A stretch of DNA of 63,635 bases, filler included, from Craspedostauros australis (taxonomy: Eukaryota): assembly GCA_030167865.1 (NCBI GenBank). It is 5 parts of 5 records of this genome, joined end to end, with 100 filler letters (N's around TTAATTAATTAA, not from the genome) between each part and the next. Parts side by side here need not be neighbours in the genome. Positions count along the whole stretch, not along the records: positions 29,393 to 55,318 come from JALAGF010005631.1; positions 55,419 to 58,429 come from JALAGF010005635.1; positions 58,530 to 63,635 come from JALAGF010005638.1; 2 more parts are not named here. The stretch is one strand, 5' to 3'. Positions within the stretch are counted from its first letter, which is position 1, and each line of letters opens with the position of its first letter. The notes below the pieces were generated by a model. It saw only the letters and a program-made list of their open reading frames with translations. It did no database searches and was not told the origin of the DNA. Both the position numbers and the translations under genes were made by a program. This document shows, piece after piece, positions 48,428 through 59,825 of this stretch.

Positions 48428-50392
48428 CTACGAAGATTCTGCCAATTGGCGCCTTCGCTGATTGCGCTGCTTCTTGCCGCGGTTCCAAAAGACGATGAGC
48501 GCAAGACGTGCCAATGGCAGGGCGAAGAACAGCTTGGCGTAGAACCACAGGATGGGGAGGAGGACATGACGGATGCTCTTGTTGAGGAATTGCTCGTTGT
48601 CTTCCAATTGCAGCAAGCCGCCGACCGCGATGGATTGTTGGAACATGACGACGCCGATGAGGTTCAACGTGCCGAGTCCGACGCATTGGATGAATTGGCG
48701 TTCCTCCAGATTGGTGAACTTGTGCATGGATTCGTACAGGTGGGATGGCAGTTTGCTACTGCTGTCATTGGTGCTACTGCTGCTGTTGTTTGTAGTGTAC
48801 CCGGTTGGCGATGCGAAGGATGAGGTCTCCGGATCATACAGGATGGAGGACCACGAGTTATCGTTGGTGTCATCTGTCGGGGGATGGATGAAGGACTGCG
48901 CGGCGATGTAGCGTTGCAATGTGCGGCGCTCCGCCATGATCTCAGGGAAATGGAAGGATTGCTGCGACGGATGGTGCGCATCCGACGTTGATGTGGCGGG
49001 AGTGCCGTTGAAGTATGCGACCATGCGCATTCCCTCCTTCAAGAGCAGATTCTTGTCGCTGTCATTGTCACTTGCCGTGTCGTGCTGAATGGATGACGGC
49101 GGTTGATCAAAGTAAGGTGCCATGGAAGCGAGAGACACGCTGCTCGTTGCTGCAACAGGAGGGTTGGTGTTGTCGTGCTCGGGCGTGCCGCTGGTAGGCT
49201 GGGACTGGTTGAGCTGCTCGAACAGAACGGCCGCTCGCAGCTTCCACTTGTTTGCTTCCGTCGGTTCCGGATGAAACGGAGTTGGCCCAAAGAGGTATTC
49301 CACAGCCACGGACAGCAATCCACGATGCTCCGCACCCACAGCGAATGCGCCGGCGCTGTTGACGTTGGCGTCGTCACCACCATCCGCGCTGTCATGATCC
49401 GCGAACCACGTGCCGCGCCGCACCAAGGCGACGCCTTCAATGTCACCAGTGCGTGCGCTGTGCATGCTGCGCCCGCTCCATCCCGTGTACCGCCGCCTCG
49501 ATCTGCGATTGAGCTGCTGCGCGCGCATCCAGAACCAGAGGCTGCCGGGATTGCCGCAGCAGACCGACGACATGAGGGCCGCGTCGTAGGCCATCTCGTG
49601 CAGGTAGGGATCCCTGCCGTCCTCGCGGTCGCCGACTCCACCGAAGATGGCGTAGAACCACAGCAGCTGGCGCATCGTGAGGCAGAGGCTGCGCACCTTG
49701 TGCATGAGCATCGCGCGGTGATGGTTGTGGCCACCACCACCACCACCACGTTGGGAGTCACCGCGAGAGACGGCGATTATCGCGGCGATCAAGGCCGCCA
49801 GGGCCACGAGCGTGAGGAGGAAGAGGGACAGGATGAGACCGAACGCCGTGGCGATCTTGACGAACCGCAACGCCACATCGCCGGCCTTTCTCAGGCTCTC
49901 CAACAAGGTTTGCTTGCGCTGATGCATGCGCGCCTGTCGTTCGAATCCCGGCGGAAAGGTGAAGACCATGATGCATTGCTTGGCGTCCAGCATCTCGAAG
50001 TTGACCGTGGATCCCTGCGTGATCTGCAGCAGCCCGCAGAGCTCCGCGTTGGCATCCTCCACCGAGATTCCCAGAGCTGTGGCCACGCTCGCGGGACGGA
50101 TGGTGCGGTTGTCTGCCGCTCGGATGCAGTCGATCAGCTGTTGCTGGAAGGTCGTTGTGGATCCTGCTGCTTCGGATTCAGGCGAATCTGCGGCAGACGC
50201 AGCAGCAGATGAGGCAGGGTCGTCTCCATCGCCGTAGCTGATGCCAATGCCAACGCTCACTCCGCTGTGGTCATTGCCGTCATTGCCGTCATTGCCGTCA
50301 TTGCCGTCATTGCCGTCAATTCTATTGATGTGGCCACCATCACGCACTTGTGCGCTGTTCATCTCGATTGCCGCGCTCTCTTTCGTCGTCAT
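48428..50392 (-). CDS. Conserved membrane protein resembling the plant At5g03900 family
   Basis: 654 aa. HTH-like VATALGISVEDANAELCGL..VFTFP, TM segment, AVEYLFGP..P.E..KW, MAPYFD, YFNGTP..FHFPE and C-terminal TMs match my recollection of that family. Confidence 0.65.
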   Translation of the reverse strand: MTTKESAAIEMNSAQVRDGGHINRIDGNDGNDGNDGNDGNDHSGVSVGIGISYGDGDDPASSAAASAADSPESEAAGSTTTFQQQLIDCIRAADNRTIRPASVATALGISVEDANAELCGLLQITQGSTVNFEMLDAKQCIMVFTFPPGFERQARMHQRKQTLLESLRKAGDVALRFVKIATAFGLILSLFLLTLVALAALIAAIIAVSRGDSQRGGGGGGHNHHRAMLMHKVRSLCLTMRQLLWFYAIFGGVGDREDGRDPYLHEMAYDAALMSSVCCGNPGSLWFWMRAQQLNRRSRRRYTGWSGRSMHSARTGDIEGVALVRRGTWFADHDSADGGDDANVNSAGAFAVGAEHRGLLSVAVEYLFGPTPFHPEPTEANKWKLRAAVLFEQLNQSQPTSGTPEHDNTNPPVAATSSVSLASMAPYFDQPPSSIQHDTASDNDSDKNLLLKEGMRMVAYFNGTPATSTSDAHHPSQQSFHFPEIMAERRTLQRYIAAQSFIHPPTDDTNDNSWSSILYDPETSSFASPTGYTTNNSSSSTNDSSSKLPSHLYESMHKFTNLEERQFIQCVGLGTLNLIGVVMFQQSIAVGGLLQLEDNEQFLNKSIRHVLLPILWFYAKLFFALPLARLALIVFWNRGKKQRNQRRRQLAESS

Positions 50393-50961
50393 CCTGTTTG
50401 TTGCTCTACTCGTACGACTATGACTCTTCTTCAGAGGCTGTGCGTATAATATGTCGGATGCTCACTCCAATGAGATGATGATCTCATCGATCTTCTTCTG
50501 TTGTGTCTGTGGATCCTGTCGTCATTCATCATCCATCGTTTCGTATCTTCTCGTTGTTTGTCGTGTTGGTGGGAAATTCTGCAAGAAACGTGACTTGCTG
50601 GTGGTACACGACTGAGATTGTGTGAATAGTGGTCGTACTATTCGTCCACACTTACTCGTTACTTCCTTTCTGCGCTTTTTTGTGCAAAGAGACGAAAAAC
50701 CGCACGACGCAAGGACCCAATCAGCCGTTCGGCAACGCGATCGAGATCACGGCCACCACCATCGTCAGGTCTTTGGAGTCAACGGGGTGGGATGGAGTTG
50801 TGTTGGGAGTTGGACTGCGTTGTGTTGACCACCACCACCACGACGATCCATCCCTTCAGCCGCAACACCAACAGCAACACCGCCAATCGCAACAGCAACA
50901 GCGACAGCAATAGCAACACTACAACAAGCACCAGCAACGAAGCAAGAATAGCGGAGGCAAC

Positions 50962-51513
50962 ATGACAGTCGCAGGTTTGATGAAGCAATTCCAGGTGGTG
51001 GGCCGCAAGGCACCAACCGAGGAGGTGACCAACCCGGAAGCCTACCGAATGATCATCTTCGCGCCAAACCCGGTGATCGCCAAGTCCAAGTTCTGGTACT
51101 ACATGCACCAGTTCCGCAAGATGAAGAAGACCACCGGCGAGATCATCGACTGCGTCGAGCTCGTGGAGAAGAACAACCGCATCGTCAAGAACTACGGCAT
51201 CTGGCTGCGTTACTCGTCGCGATCGGGAACCCACAACATGTACCGCGAATTCAGAGACGTGACCCTGACCGGCGCCGTCTCGCAGCTCTACGATGAAATG
51301 GCCGGCCGCCACCGCTGTCGCCCGCGCTCCATCCAGATCATCCGCACCGCGCAGGTCGGCGCCAAGGACCTCCGACGCGTCAACCCAATGCAGTTCGCCA
51401 AGTCCGGCGTCAAGTTCCCGCTCTCGCACCGCGTCACCACCGCCAAGCGCAACCAGAAGGCCCTGTCGGACCGCACCTTCACCACCGTGCGTCCAACGAC
51501 CTTCTTCGGTTAA
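50962..51513 (+). CDS. RPL18A: 60S ribosomal protein L18a (eL20)
   Basis: QFQVVGRK.PT, IFAPNPVIAKSKFWY, KMKKTTGEI, VKNYGIWLRYSSRSGTHNMYREFRD, EMAGRHR; strongly biased codon usage. Confidence 0.98.
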   Translation: MTVAGLMKQFQVVGRKAPTEEVTNPEAYRMIIFAPNPVIAKSKFWYYMHQFRKMKKTTGEIIDCVELVEKNNRIVKNYGIWLRYSSRSGTHNMYREFRDVTLTGAVSQLYDEMAGRHRCRPRSIQIIRTAQVGAKDLRRVNPMQFAKSGVKFPLSHRVTTAKRNQKALSDRTFTTVRPTTFFG

Positions 51514-52338
51514 GCGTGCGCTGGCCGCTGCTTCTGGGGTCGTCTCCTCTCTTCAGCCTCGCTCTGTTGTGCTGTGCTGTGACGTCACGTGGCTGGTGCC
51601 CCAAAGGTCAGGTCAACAAACGAACAAATAAATAAACAAGTCAAAAGCCCCGACCTTTGTCGTGATCTATTATAGAATGCGATGATGAATGAGTATTACT
51701 ATTATAGGTGTGCATGTATTATATGTTTGTCGTGCGATCTAATGCAAGACACCAATGCAGACGTTTGGTGGAGAAACTAGGACTTGCAGAAGCACCAGCT
51801 CCGTAGAGCGCGCAACCGTGCGACCTAATAGATGAAGAGGAGGTATCATGCCTCAGAGCAAGGTGCTTACCAATACGTACGACTACAACTAGTCGCACAC
51901 AGATGGCCATGCAGTCCTTGAATTCTCCTCCAGTTGATCCTTCGTTCGTTCATTCATGCATCCTCCCTCCATCCACACATCCAACTCTGCCAAGAACACT
52001 GTCCTTGTATCAGTACACGTGCACAGCCAAGCCTATGCCACAGCAACTCCCTACGTTTCTGAGGATATGTCGTTATGTGGGAGAGCAGAGTCCAGTAGAG
52101 TCGGGTACATGGTTACACAATCACACCATAATCCTGGATTCAAAACCCATCTGCGTCAACTCTTGTTTGTTTCGAAAGTCTATTCCATCTGTGTTCTGTT
52201 CCTTTGTTGTCTGTTGTCTGTTGTTGTCTTTGGTTTTGCACTTCATTCCATTCATTGCTTGTCGTTTCGTTTCAGCTGTCGTCTCTCGCACCCTGCGGTC
52301 CGTCAACATCGGCGCTGCCGCCGTCTTTGAATGAGTGT

Positions 52339-53334
52339 CTAGTCGGAACCTCCGGTCTGTTCCAGCATGCAATCGATCTGATCCTGATCATCGAGCTCCA
52401 GGGTCTTGGGCGTCGCATCGGCCTCGATACGCTCGCCGTCCAGCAGGAAACGCAGACTGGATGCCTCCACACCCTTGCGCTGGGCGTACGTGTCGAACAC
52501 CTTCTGCATCTTCGTGGTCTTCTTGATTTTGAAGAACGTCTCCTCTCCGGTCTGTATTTGTGAGGCGTTGTGTTGTGAGGCGTTGTGTTGTGCAGGTCCA
52601 GCCAGCAGGAGTGGAATTCAATGTCCAGGTGATTGCGTAATGCGTGCCATATGTAATATAGCAGAGAGCCGTATGTGCATCGCAGTCCCAATCATCGTAC
52701 GCGGTATCACGAAAGAATCATATCAGCATGTATTCATATCCGTGGTTGCGTTGTAGGTTTGGCATAAGCAGAGCAATTTGTGTGGATGATCGTGTGAGGA
52801 AGATGCGGAAATGAATAGAGTTGAGTCAATAGAGTTGAGTCAATAGAGTTGAATGAACAGAGTTGAGTGAAAGGCTCTAGGTCGCATCATTCAGGTTGGC
52901 ATGGCCATGGGAAAGGCCACCGTTGTTGCTGACGGTCATTGCGGTCTGTCCACACGGTTGTCGTCATCTTTCCATGGAACACGTCGAAGAAAGATGAGAC
53001 ATGCTCTCTGAAGTAGTGGTGGCTCATCTTCTCATCGACATGCAACATCCGCCGCGTTGCCTCTCCATGAAGTCTTCCAAGCAATGCAGAGACAATGAAA
53101 TGTGACACGGGAAATCGACCGCGAATTTGATAGTTATCCCAAAATGGCGCGAAATCAATCCCCTCGATCCACCCGCACATCGATGCCTGGATGGGTCCAT
53201 CACGGCAACATCTCGCCAGCAGCTGGTCGCCTTGCTCGCTGGATGATCCGCTGATTGACTGCCTGACTGACCTGATCGCGGACTCGGATGGTGATTGGGG
53301 CGTTCTCCGGCTCTGGTTTGGTCTCGTCAGCCAT
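52339..53334 (-). CDS. SUMO: Small ubiquitin-like modifier SUMO (exons 53334-53272, 52551-52339); not captured by the ORF track
   Basis: Spliced product MADETKPEPENAPITIRVRDQ|TGEETFFKIKKTTKMQKVFDTYAQRKGVEASSLRFLLDGERIEADATPKTLELDDQDQIDCMLEQTGG-SD. Phase-0 GTCAGT...TACAG intron; di-Gly maturation motif. Confidence 0.96.
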
Positions 53335-55044
53335 GGTGGACGTTGATCTTCTTCTTCTTCTGTTTTCTACTGCGCTTGTGCTGTCTCTTTGCTTGTGCTT
53401 GTGCTATACTGTGTGCGGCGCGAGGACGGATGATGCTTGCTGTGTTTGCTCTTTTGCCTACGGGTGCGAGTGTGTTTGTGTTGGTCTCCTTCCAGGATTT
53501 AGGTGGGTCTCAGCGTTTCAAACAAGATTCGCATGCGACTCTCTTGTTGTTGCTGTTGTCGTAGTTGTTGTTGCCGTTGTGCCATGTTCTTGCTTCCGGG
53601 GAGTTGTCGGAAAAAGAGAAAATCACGTTTTTTGTGTCGGAGTCTGTTCACAAATGACAAGAAACTACCAGTTGCCAGTTCGCCACACGTGATGGAGCGC
53701 ACTCGATTCGAGATATTCGACTCATACGACTACTCTAAGAATGCCGAGTTGGTTCACGAGAGCAAACGATCATTTCTGAGTCCCGCATTGTCGCGGGTGT
53801 GGAGATGGGATTTCCTCGCTGCGGCGGTGTTTTGGTGTTGCTCATTCTCGTCACACTTTGCTGCGGTGGTCCGGAAAAAGCACCGTCTTCTTGGTTGGCA
53901 GAACAAGTCTTTGTCTTCTGGTTTGTTGGCTTGTACTACTGTTATATTGAACTCATCAAAAGCCCACCAGGGACGATCGAGTATCGTTCCTGACCCCACG
54001 CCACTTACCTTCTTGACGATGTGATGCGTTTGATTCCCATCAGTGAGAATTGCCTGCAGGGGAGTGCGCGAGGAATCCACCAGTAGTATCGAACCGCAAA
54101 AATTCACCACAACGTGAGCTGGCCTGATGACCAACCACCAATCGTCACTCTCCACATCGCTATGCACTGGGTGTCACTCTCATCCATCTTTGTGCAATAT
54201 TGATAGCAGCAGACTCAAGGAGTAGCATCCCAATCGATGTTGATAGAGTATGAATCCTTGTCCCATGCAATGATGTCAGAGCTGATCACACGCCGACACG
54301 CTCCATTTTGTTGCAACATGCGCAGACCGTGCATGCACACCGCAGCAGACTCCCTCTGGAGAGAGAGAGAGAGAGAGAGAGAGATCGCACCTCCATGGTC
54401 GCGTTGTTGAGTCTCGTATCGTTGAATACGAAGCAATGTTGTACACACTCAAGCGAAAGGGGTTCCTCGATTGGGTCTCCTTCGCTGCGCTTTGTTCTCG
54501 AGTTGACTGTCCGAAGAGCGCACACAATTTTGAGCACGCAGAGTAGTGCAGTACTTTCTCATCGTGCTGCGCTTACATGCTCGTTGACGTCCTATCCATC
54601 CCAGAATTGCTGCATCGNNNNNNNNNNNNNNNNNNNNNNNNNNNNNNNNNNNNNNNNNNNNNNNNNNATGTTGTACACACTCAAGCGAAAGGGGTTCCTC
54701 GATTGGGTCTCCTTCGCTGCGCTTTGTTCTCGAGTTGACTGTCTGAAGAGCGCACACAATTTGGCGCACACAGAGTAGTGCAGCGCTTTCTCATCGTGCT
54801 GCGCTTACGTGCTCGTTGACGTCCTACCCATCCCAGAATTGCTGCATTGTCTCACAGTTTAGGACAAGGTGTGGTGTATCTGGTCAATAGAATAGTTGAG
54901 AATAGATCTAATGCAATTATAGTATATGAGTGGTGGTGCAGTGCTCTTCTATTTGCCGGATTCGACGCGATTCAATCTCCTGGTTGCTGTTGCAAGATGC
55001 GTTCCAGACCACGAATCCCTCAGTATTGTTGAAACTTGTATGAT

Positions 55045-55318
55045 CTAGTATTGTACTTGGAATAGAGAGTTGCCATGTTCGATTTGAAGCTGGGTTATAG
55101 TGACAATTGCTTTCATCACATGCTTGTGCAACATCAGGTCATGGCGGAAACGATGCTCCAGGATCTTCCAATTCTTGAAGCGGCCATTCACAGTCTCATG
55201 GCGAGCACGAGCTTGGCTTTTGGCTTGCTTCTCCGCCTCTGTAACAAAATCATCGGATGTTCGGACAGCTTCGTCACCGCGGTATCCACGATCAGCCTCC
55301 ACCATCTCACCATCATCC
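55045..55318 (-). mobile_element. C-terminal fragment of a PIF/Harbinger-like (DDE_Tnp_4-type) transposase
   Basis: GEMVEADRGYRG...RARHETVNGRFKNWKIL..RFRH; truncated by the scaffold gap. Confidence 0.8.
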
Positions 55319-55418
55319 NNNNNNNNNNNNNNNNNNNNNNNNNNNNNNNNNNNNNNNNNNNNTTAATTAATTAANNNNNNNNNNNNNNNNNNNNNNNNNN
55401 NNNNNNNNNNNNNNNNNN

Positions 55419-55690
55419 CTTCGAGTCCAACGTTCTGCGGCACGAAGTCGTCGCGAACGATGTTGCGGTGGGGAATCGAGTCAAACCCCAACCAGGTGAA
55501 GACCTGGGTCAGTGTGATCGCCATGCTGTGTGGTGGTCAGCCGGTACTGCCGCTGCTGGACACCCTCACTTGGATGATCAATCCGTAAGTCCGTTGAGCT
55601 CCCAAGTGACCTGACTTCTGCGAGCCGTCGCTCCTGCCGTCACTGGTTCCAAATCGCAGAGCGAAGCAACTGATAAACCGAATGATTCTG
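55419..55690 (-). mobile_element. Possible 5' leader and gag start of a second diatom Copia element
   Basis: ORF start MAITLTQVFTWLGFDSIPHRNIVRDDF and leader words ATCAGTTGCTTCGCT and CAAGTGAGGGTGTCC resemble, from memory, diatom CoDi leaders. Short and bounded by gaps. Confidence 0.4.
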
Positions 55691-56376
55691 NNNNNNNNNN
55701 NNNNNNNNNNNNNNNNNNNNNNNNNNNNNNNNNNNNNNNNNNNNNNNNNNNNNNNNNNNNNNNNNNNNNNNNNNNNNNNNNNNNNNNNNNNNNNNNNNNN
55801 NNNNNNNNNNNNNNNNNGCCATGAATCCAACAAAGACACATGCTCTGTTTGTTTGTTTTTCCCCTGTGTTGTTTCAGCCACAAACATTCCGCCTCGGTTG
55901 CTTGTGACTGTACGGTCACAGAATCTTTGACCAATACGAGCTACGCGACTCGTTTGACCCTAAAACTCGCTCTCTTTTTTTGTGGTCGTAAGTGGACTCC
56001 TCAGTCCACTTACGGTAACTGGATTGAGGAGTCCACTTACGAAGCCCAAAAATGCAANNNNNNNNNNNNNNNNNNNNNNNNNNNNNNNNNNNNNNNNNNN
56101 NNNNNNNAGGACGCGAAATGAAGCACTCGCAGGCACACAGATGACAGTCTTCTATTGCTTATCTGCTGTTGGTGTATTGCTGATACACTCCTTGTTGTGA
56201 ACCAGATTGTGACCGCATGCCATGAATCCAACAAAGACACATGCTCTGTTTGTTTGTTTTTCCCCTGTGTTGTTTCAGCCACAAACATTCCGCCTCGGTT
56301 GCTTGTGACTGTACGGTCACAGAATCTTTGACCAATACGAGCTACGCGACTCGTTTGACCCTAAAACTCGCTCTCT

Positions 56377-56521
56377 TTTTTTGTGGTCGTAAGTGGACTC
56401 CTCAGTCCACTTACGGTAACTGGATTGAGGAGTCCACTTACGAAGCCCAAAAATGCAAGGGGGTCGTAAGTGGACTGGTGAGTCCACTTACGAAAACGCC
56501 CACACAAAAAATTCCTTACGG
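56377..56521. mobile_element. DNA-transposon terminus with palindromic subterminal repeats, ending ...TTCCTTACGG|ATAT
   Basis: Three CGTAAGTGGACT-N4-AGTCCACTTACG-type palindromes. The terminal AAAAATTCCTTACGGATAT also occurs at 59552-59570. Confidence 0.75.
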
Positions 56522-57425
56522 ATATCGTGAAGTCGCGAAGCGGGAATTTTGACCCAGGATCTGTACTACGACCATGGGCAGCCGACTCAAGGAACGAACA
56601 TGTCGATCACATGCATGATGCGTCCATCATTGCCACTCAGTTTCACATTTGCGTTACACTGAGTTGATGTCTCTCTGGTGTTGATCGAAAATCACCAGCA
56701 CATGGAAGTCAAAGGAGACACCGCACTACGCAGGCTGTGCCAACCATGGCAGGATCTGCACATGTTGCAGCCCAGTATTATCGTAGCCTCCTCAGGCTGT
56801 TCCTCTATATTGTTTGCTCAGAAAGAGCGACGAGTCAATGATAAACCAAACTCTAATTGCGGGGAAAGGCATGGAATCGAAGGGAAACTGATTGATTATG
56901 AGCACAAGGCACGAGCCATTTACCTCTGACGTGGTCTCTACTGTGCTGCGTACGATTCAGCTGCTGATGCCCTGTCTAACGCCCAATTAACTGAAATAAC
57001 GCTCTCGTCTCCTTGTCTGCACGTGCAAAAGTGGTGAAGCGAGAATCGACGATTCCCATTTGTGGTGTTCTCGCGTTCGCAACAGCGATGTTGTGGGGGC
57101 GTGTGGTGTTCTGTTCCTTCTTCTCGTTGTTGTGTGCGCCAGTTCGTAGTCAGCAAAAGGAAGGATCCGCACTCTCCGGACAGCGCTGGTTCCCTCTCCC
57201 AAACCAGGGTGCGATCAAGAAGCAGACAAACAGAGAAACGAGGAGAGAAACGGGAGAACATTGAAACGAGGCAACCGCACACACCGCTCAACCCCATACT
57301 CCAACACATCAACAACACACATGTCATGGGTAGCTCGAACAGCACACTTCCTCGACAGTCAATCCAACGCCAATCGTTCAACGTCCAACGTCAATCGTCC
57401 AGCAACCATCGACCATCCTCTCGAA

Positions 57426-58286
57426 ATGGAGAATGTTACGAACAAACAACTCCTTTTTGCTGCCAGGATAGGTGACTTGTCGGTGTTGAAGGAATGGAAG
57501 AAGCAGAACAAGACACAGAATGAAGGAGTTGATGTCAACAAGGTTACAGACTGGAATGGTTGGACTCCCCTTCATTTGGCATGCCGCAATGGCCACCTGG
57601 AGTGTGTGAAGTACCTCATCAAATCATGTGAGGCGAACATCAACTGCAAAGATGACAATGGTTACACTCCCCTTCATGAGGCATGCGTCAGCGGCCACCT
57701 GGAGTGTGTGAAGTACCTCATCGAATCATGTGAGGCGAACGTCAACTGCCAAAACAGGGATGGTCTCACTCCCCTTCATTTCGCATGCCGCCAAGGCAAG
57801 CTGGAGTGTGTGAAGTACCTCATCGAATCATGTGAGGCGAACATCAACTGCAAAGACAACCGTGGTTGGACTCCCCTTCATGAGGCATGCCGCACCGGCA
57901 AACTGGAGTGTGTGAAGTACCTCATCGAATCATGTGGGGCCGACATCAACTGCCAAGACATCATCAATGGTTGGACTCCCCTCCATGAGGCATGCCGCAA
58001 GGGCCAACTGGAGTGTATGGAGTCCCTCATCAGAGGACTTTCGCCTTCAGCTCACACACAACTGCAACAACTGCAGCAGCGCTTACAACAAAACGAACAA
58101 GGAAATGAACAACCACAAGAACAGTTGGGACAGCAGTTGAAGCGAAAGGAGCAAGAGAATGAACACAAACACAGCAGCAACAAGAGGACCAACATCAACA
58201 TTGGAGAAGATCGGCCATATCCTTCCAAACCGAGGACAGGACAGACACCATCTTCTTGTGTGGACAAGGCGACCAACAGCAACTAA
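57426..58286 (+). CDS. Ankyrin-repeat protein with a Gln-rich coiled tail
   Basis: Five near-identical ~34-aa repeats G(W/Y/L)TPLH.AC..G.LECVKYLIE...A.IN; ATG at 57426. Confidence 0.92.
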   Translation: MENVTNKQLLFAARIGDLSVLKEWKKQNKTQNEGVDVNKVTDWNGWTPLHLACRNGHLECVKYLIKSCEANINCKDDNGYTPLHEACVSGHLECVKYLIESCEANVNCQNRDGLTPLHFACRQGKLECVKYLIESCEANINCKDNRGWTPLHEACRTGKLECVKYLIESCGADINCQDIINGWTPLHEACRKGQLECMESLIRGLSPSAHTQLQQLQQRLQQNEQGNEQPQEQLGQQLKRKEQENEHKHSSNKRTNINIGEDRPYPSKPRTGQTPSSCVDKATNSN

Positions 58287-58529
58287 CCAAGGCAAACGCC
58301 CAAGCCCTCATCATCACACTCCCATCCATTGAGACACTGATCGAGAAAGGAACCCAACTTCACCGCGCGAATGATGACGCTCACGATGGAACTGAACCCA
58401 TCCAAACAACCATCCCTCTTCCCAATCTTNNNNNNNNNNNNNNNNNNNNNNNNNNNNNNNNNNNNNNNNNNNNTTAATTAATTAANNNNNNNNNNNNNNN
58501 NNNNNNNNNNNNNNNNNNNNNNNNNNNNN

Positions 58530-59566
58530 GAGGACCGTCAAAATAAAAAGGAATGCTTGCCAGCCTATCCACGATGGATCCCAAGGAGGAGATCAAAATG
58601 ACCAAATGATTGCAGCAGGGTGAGCATGCAGCAAGGTACTTTCCAGACATGAGGGGAACCTGTGTTGCCTGTTCAGTGTGTAGACACTGGATCTGTCCAG
58701 GATGCAACTTGTATGCTTGCTGATACATCGAAGCTGACAAACAGGAGTGGCTCTCGACATGTGGCATTACCCTAACCATGGCATTGAGAAACATCACAAG
58801 AGGAGCGGACGCAATCATTGTTCACAACTTATGTCATCGAATTGTGCACAAGGAGCCTGTCGAATGGGTAGAGAAGGTGAAGGCCCAGCATCAATGAGAG
58901 AAGCCACCACAATAAACGCCTCTATCAGCGCAAACACAGATGAGACAACCACCACAGCTACAGATGCAGTAACAGAGATAGCAAGAGAGATGAGCAACGA
59001 AAGCAACGACAACGCCGACGGTGAAGCCACCACTGCCAAGGCACATCAAACAAACATGGCCACAATAATTAGCTCAAGGGTGCCTGTCCTGAATCTGGAA
59101 GCAGCAATACAAGCTGCACACAAGGCAGCCACCAAAGCCAGGATCCAGAGCAGAGATACAGAGGTCATAACTCACGGTCTGCATGGAAGGAAGCAGAAAC
59201 GATGATATGCAATACAAATTATGTACACCAACATATTCCACACACAAGAGGCTCGCAAGGATGACTGTATCATAACAGTAGCACAACAGTATCATAACAG
59301 TAGAGAAAGACAATATAATGCAGAGTAGAGTCAGTGTTGATTGCTGTTATTGTAGGGATGTAGAGAGTATTTGTGTAAGGAAAGAACGGAGGAGGTGCGT
59401 CTCAATGCAAAATCGCTGTGTGCACAAGTTTACACGCAACAACACGAAGAATCCAAAAAATGTGACAGGGCGGGGTGGTCAAAGTAGTCTTTTCTCAGAT
59501 GAGCGAAATTCGACTACTTTTTTGTGGTCGTAAGTGGACTCCTCAGTCCCGAAAAATTCCTTACGG
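58530..59566 (+). mobile_element. 3' part of a decayed piggyBac-like transposon (C-terminal Cys-rich domain plus terminus)
   Basis: An unlisted + frame reads RGTCVACSVCRHWICPGCNLYAC*...LCHRIVH, like the piggyBac C-terminal Cys-rich domain, with TGA stops. The segment ends ...CCTTACGG followed by ATAT. Confidence 0.6.
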
Positions 59567-59825
59567 ATATGAAATTATGAGCCACACAAACACCTCCATT
59601 GAGTGCTACATCACTTTCTTGTCCCAGCAACGCTCTCGCCCAAGTCCGTGGATACTGTATGCCGATGGACGGCGAGATCCTTTCGATACTTTGGTTGCGC
59701 TGAAGACCCAATGAAGAGAGTGATTTGGTATTATCCATAAGGTGGCTGGCCCAAACCCTTCAAGACCTGGATTTGGTGTGGAACCGGAGGAGGGATGCAC
59801 TGGTGCTTCTGCTCCCTTGGGGCGC

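Noticed and set aside
54437..56457. Direct repeats 54437-54617/54668-54848 and 55819-56057/56219-56457 as LTR pairs
   Set aside because: Both pairs straddle N gaps. The second looks identical and the first differs by a few substitutions, consistent with allelic or paralogous reads placed in tandem. No TG...CA boundaries or internal domain.
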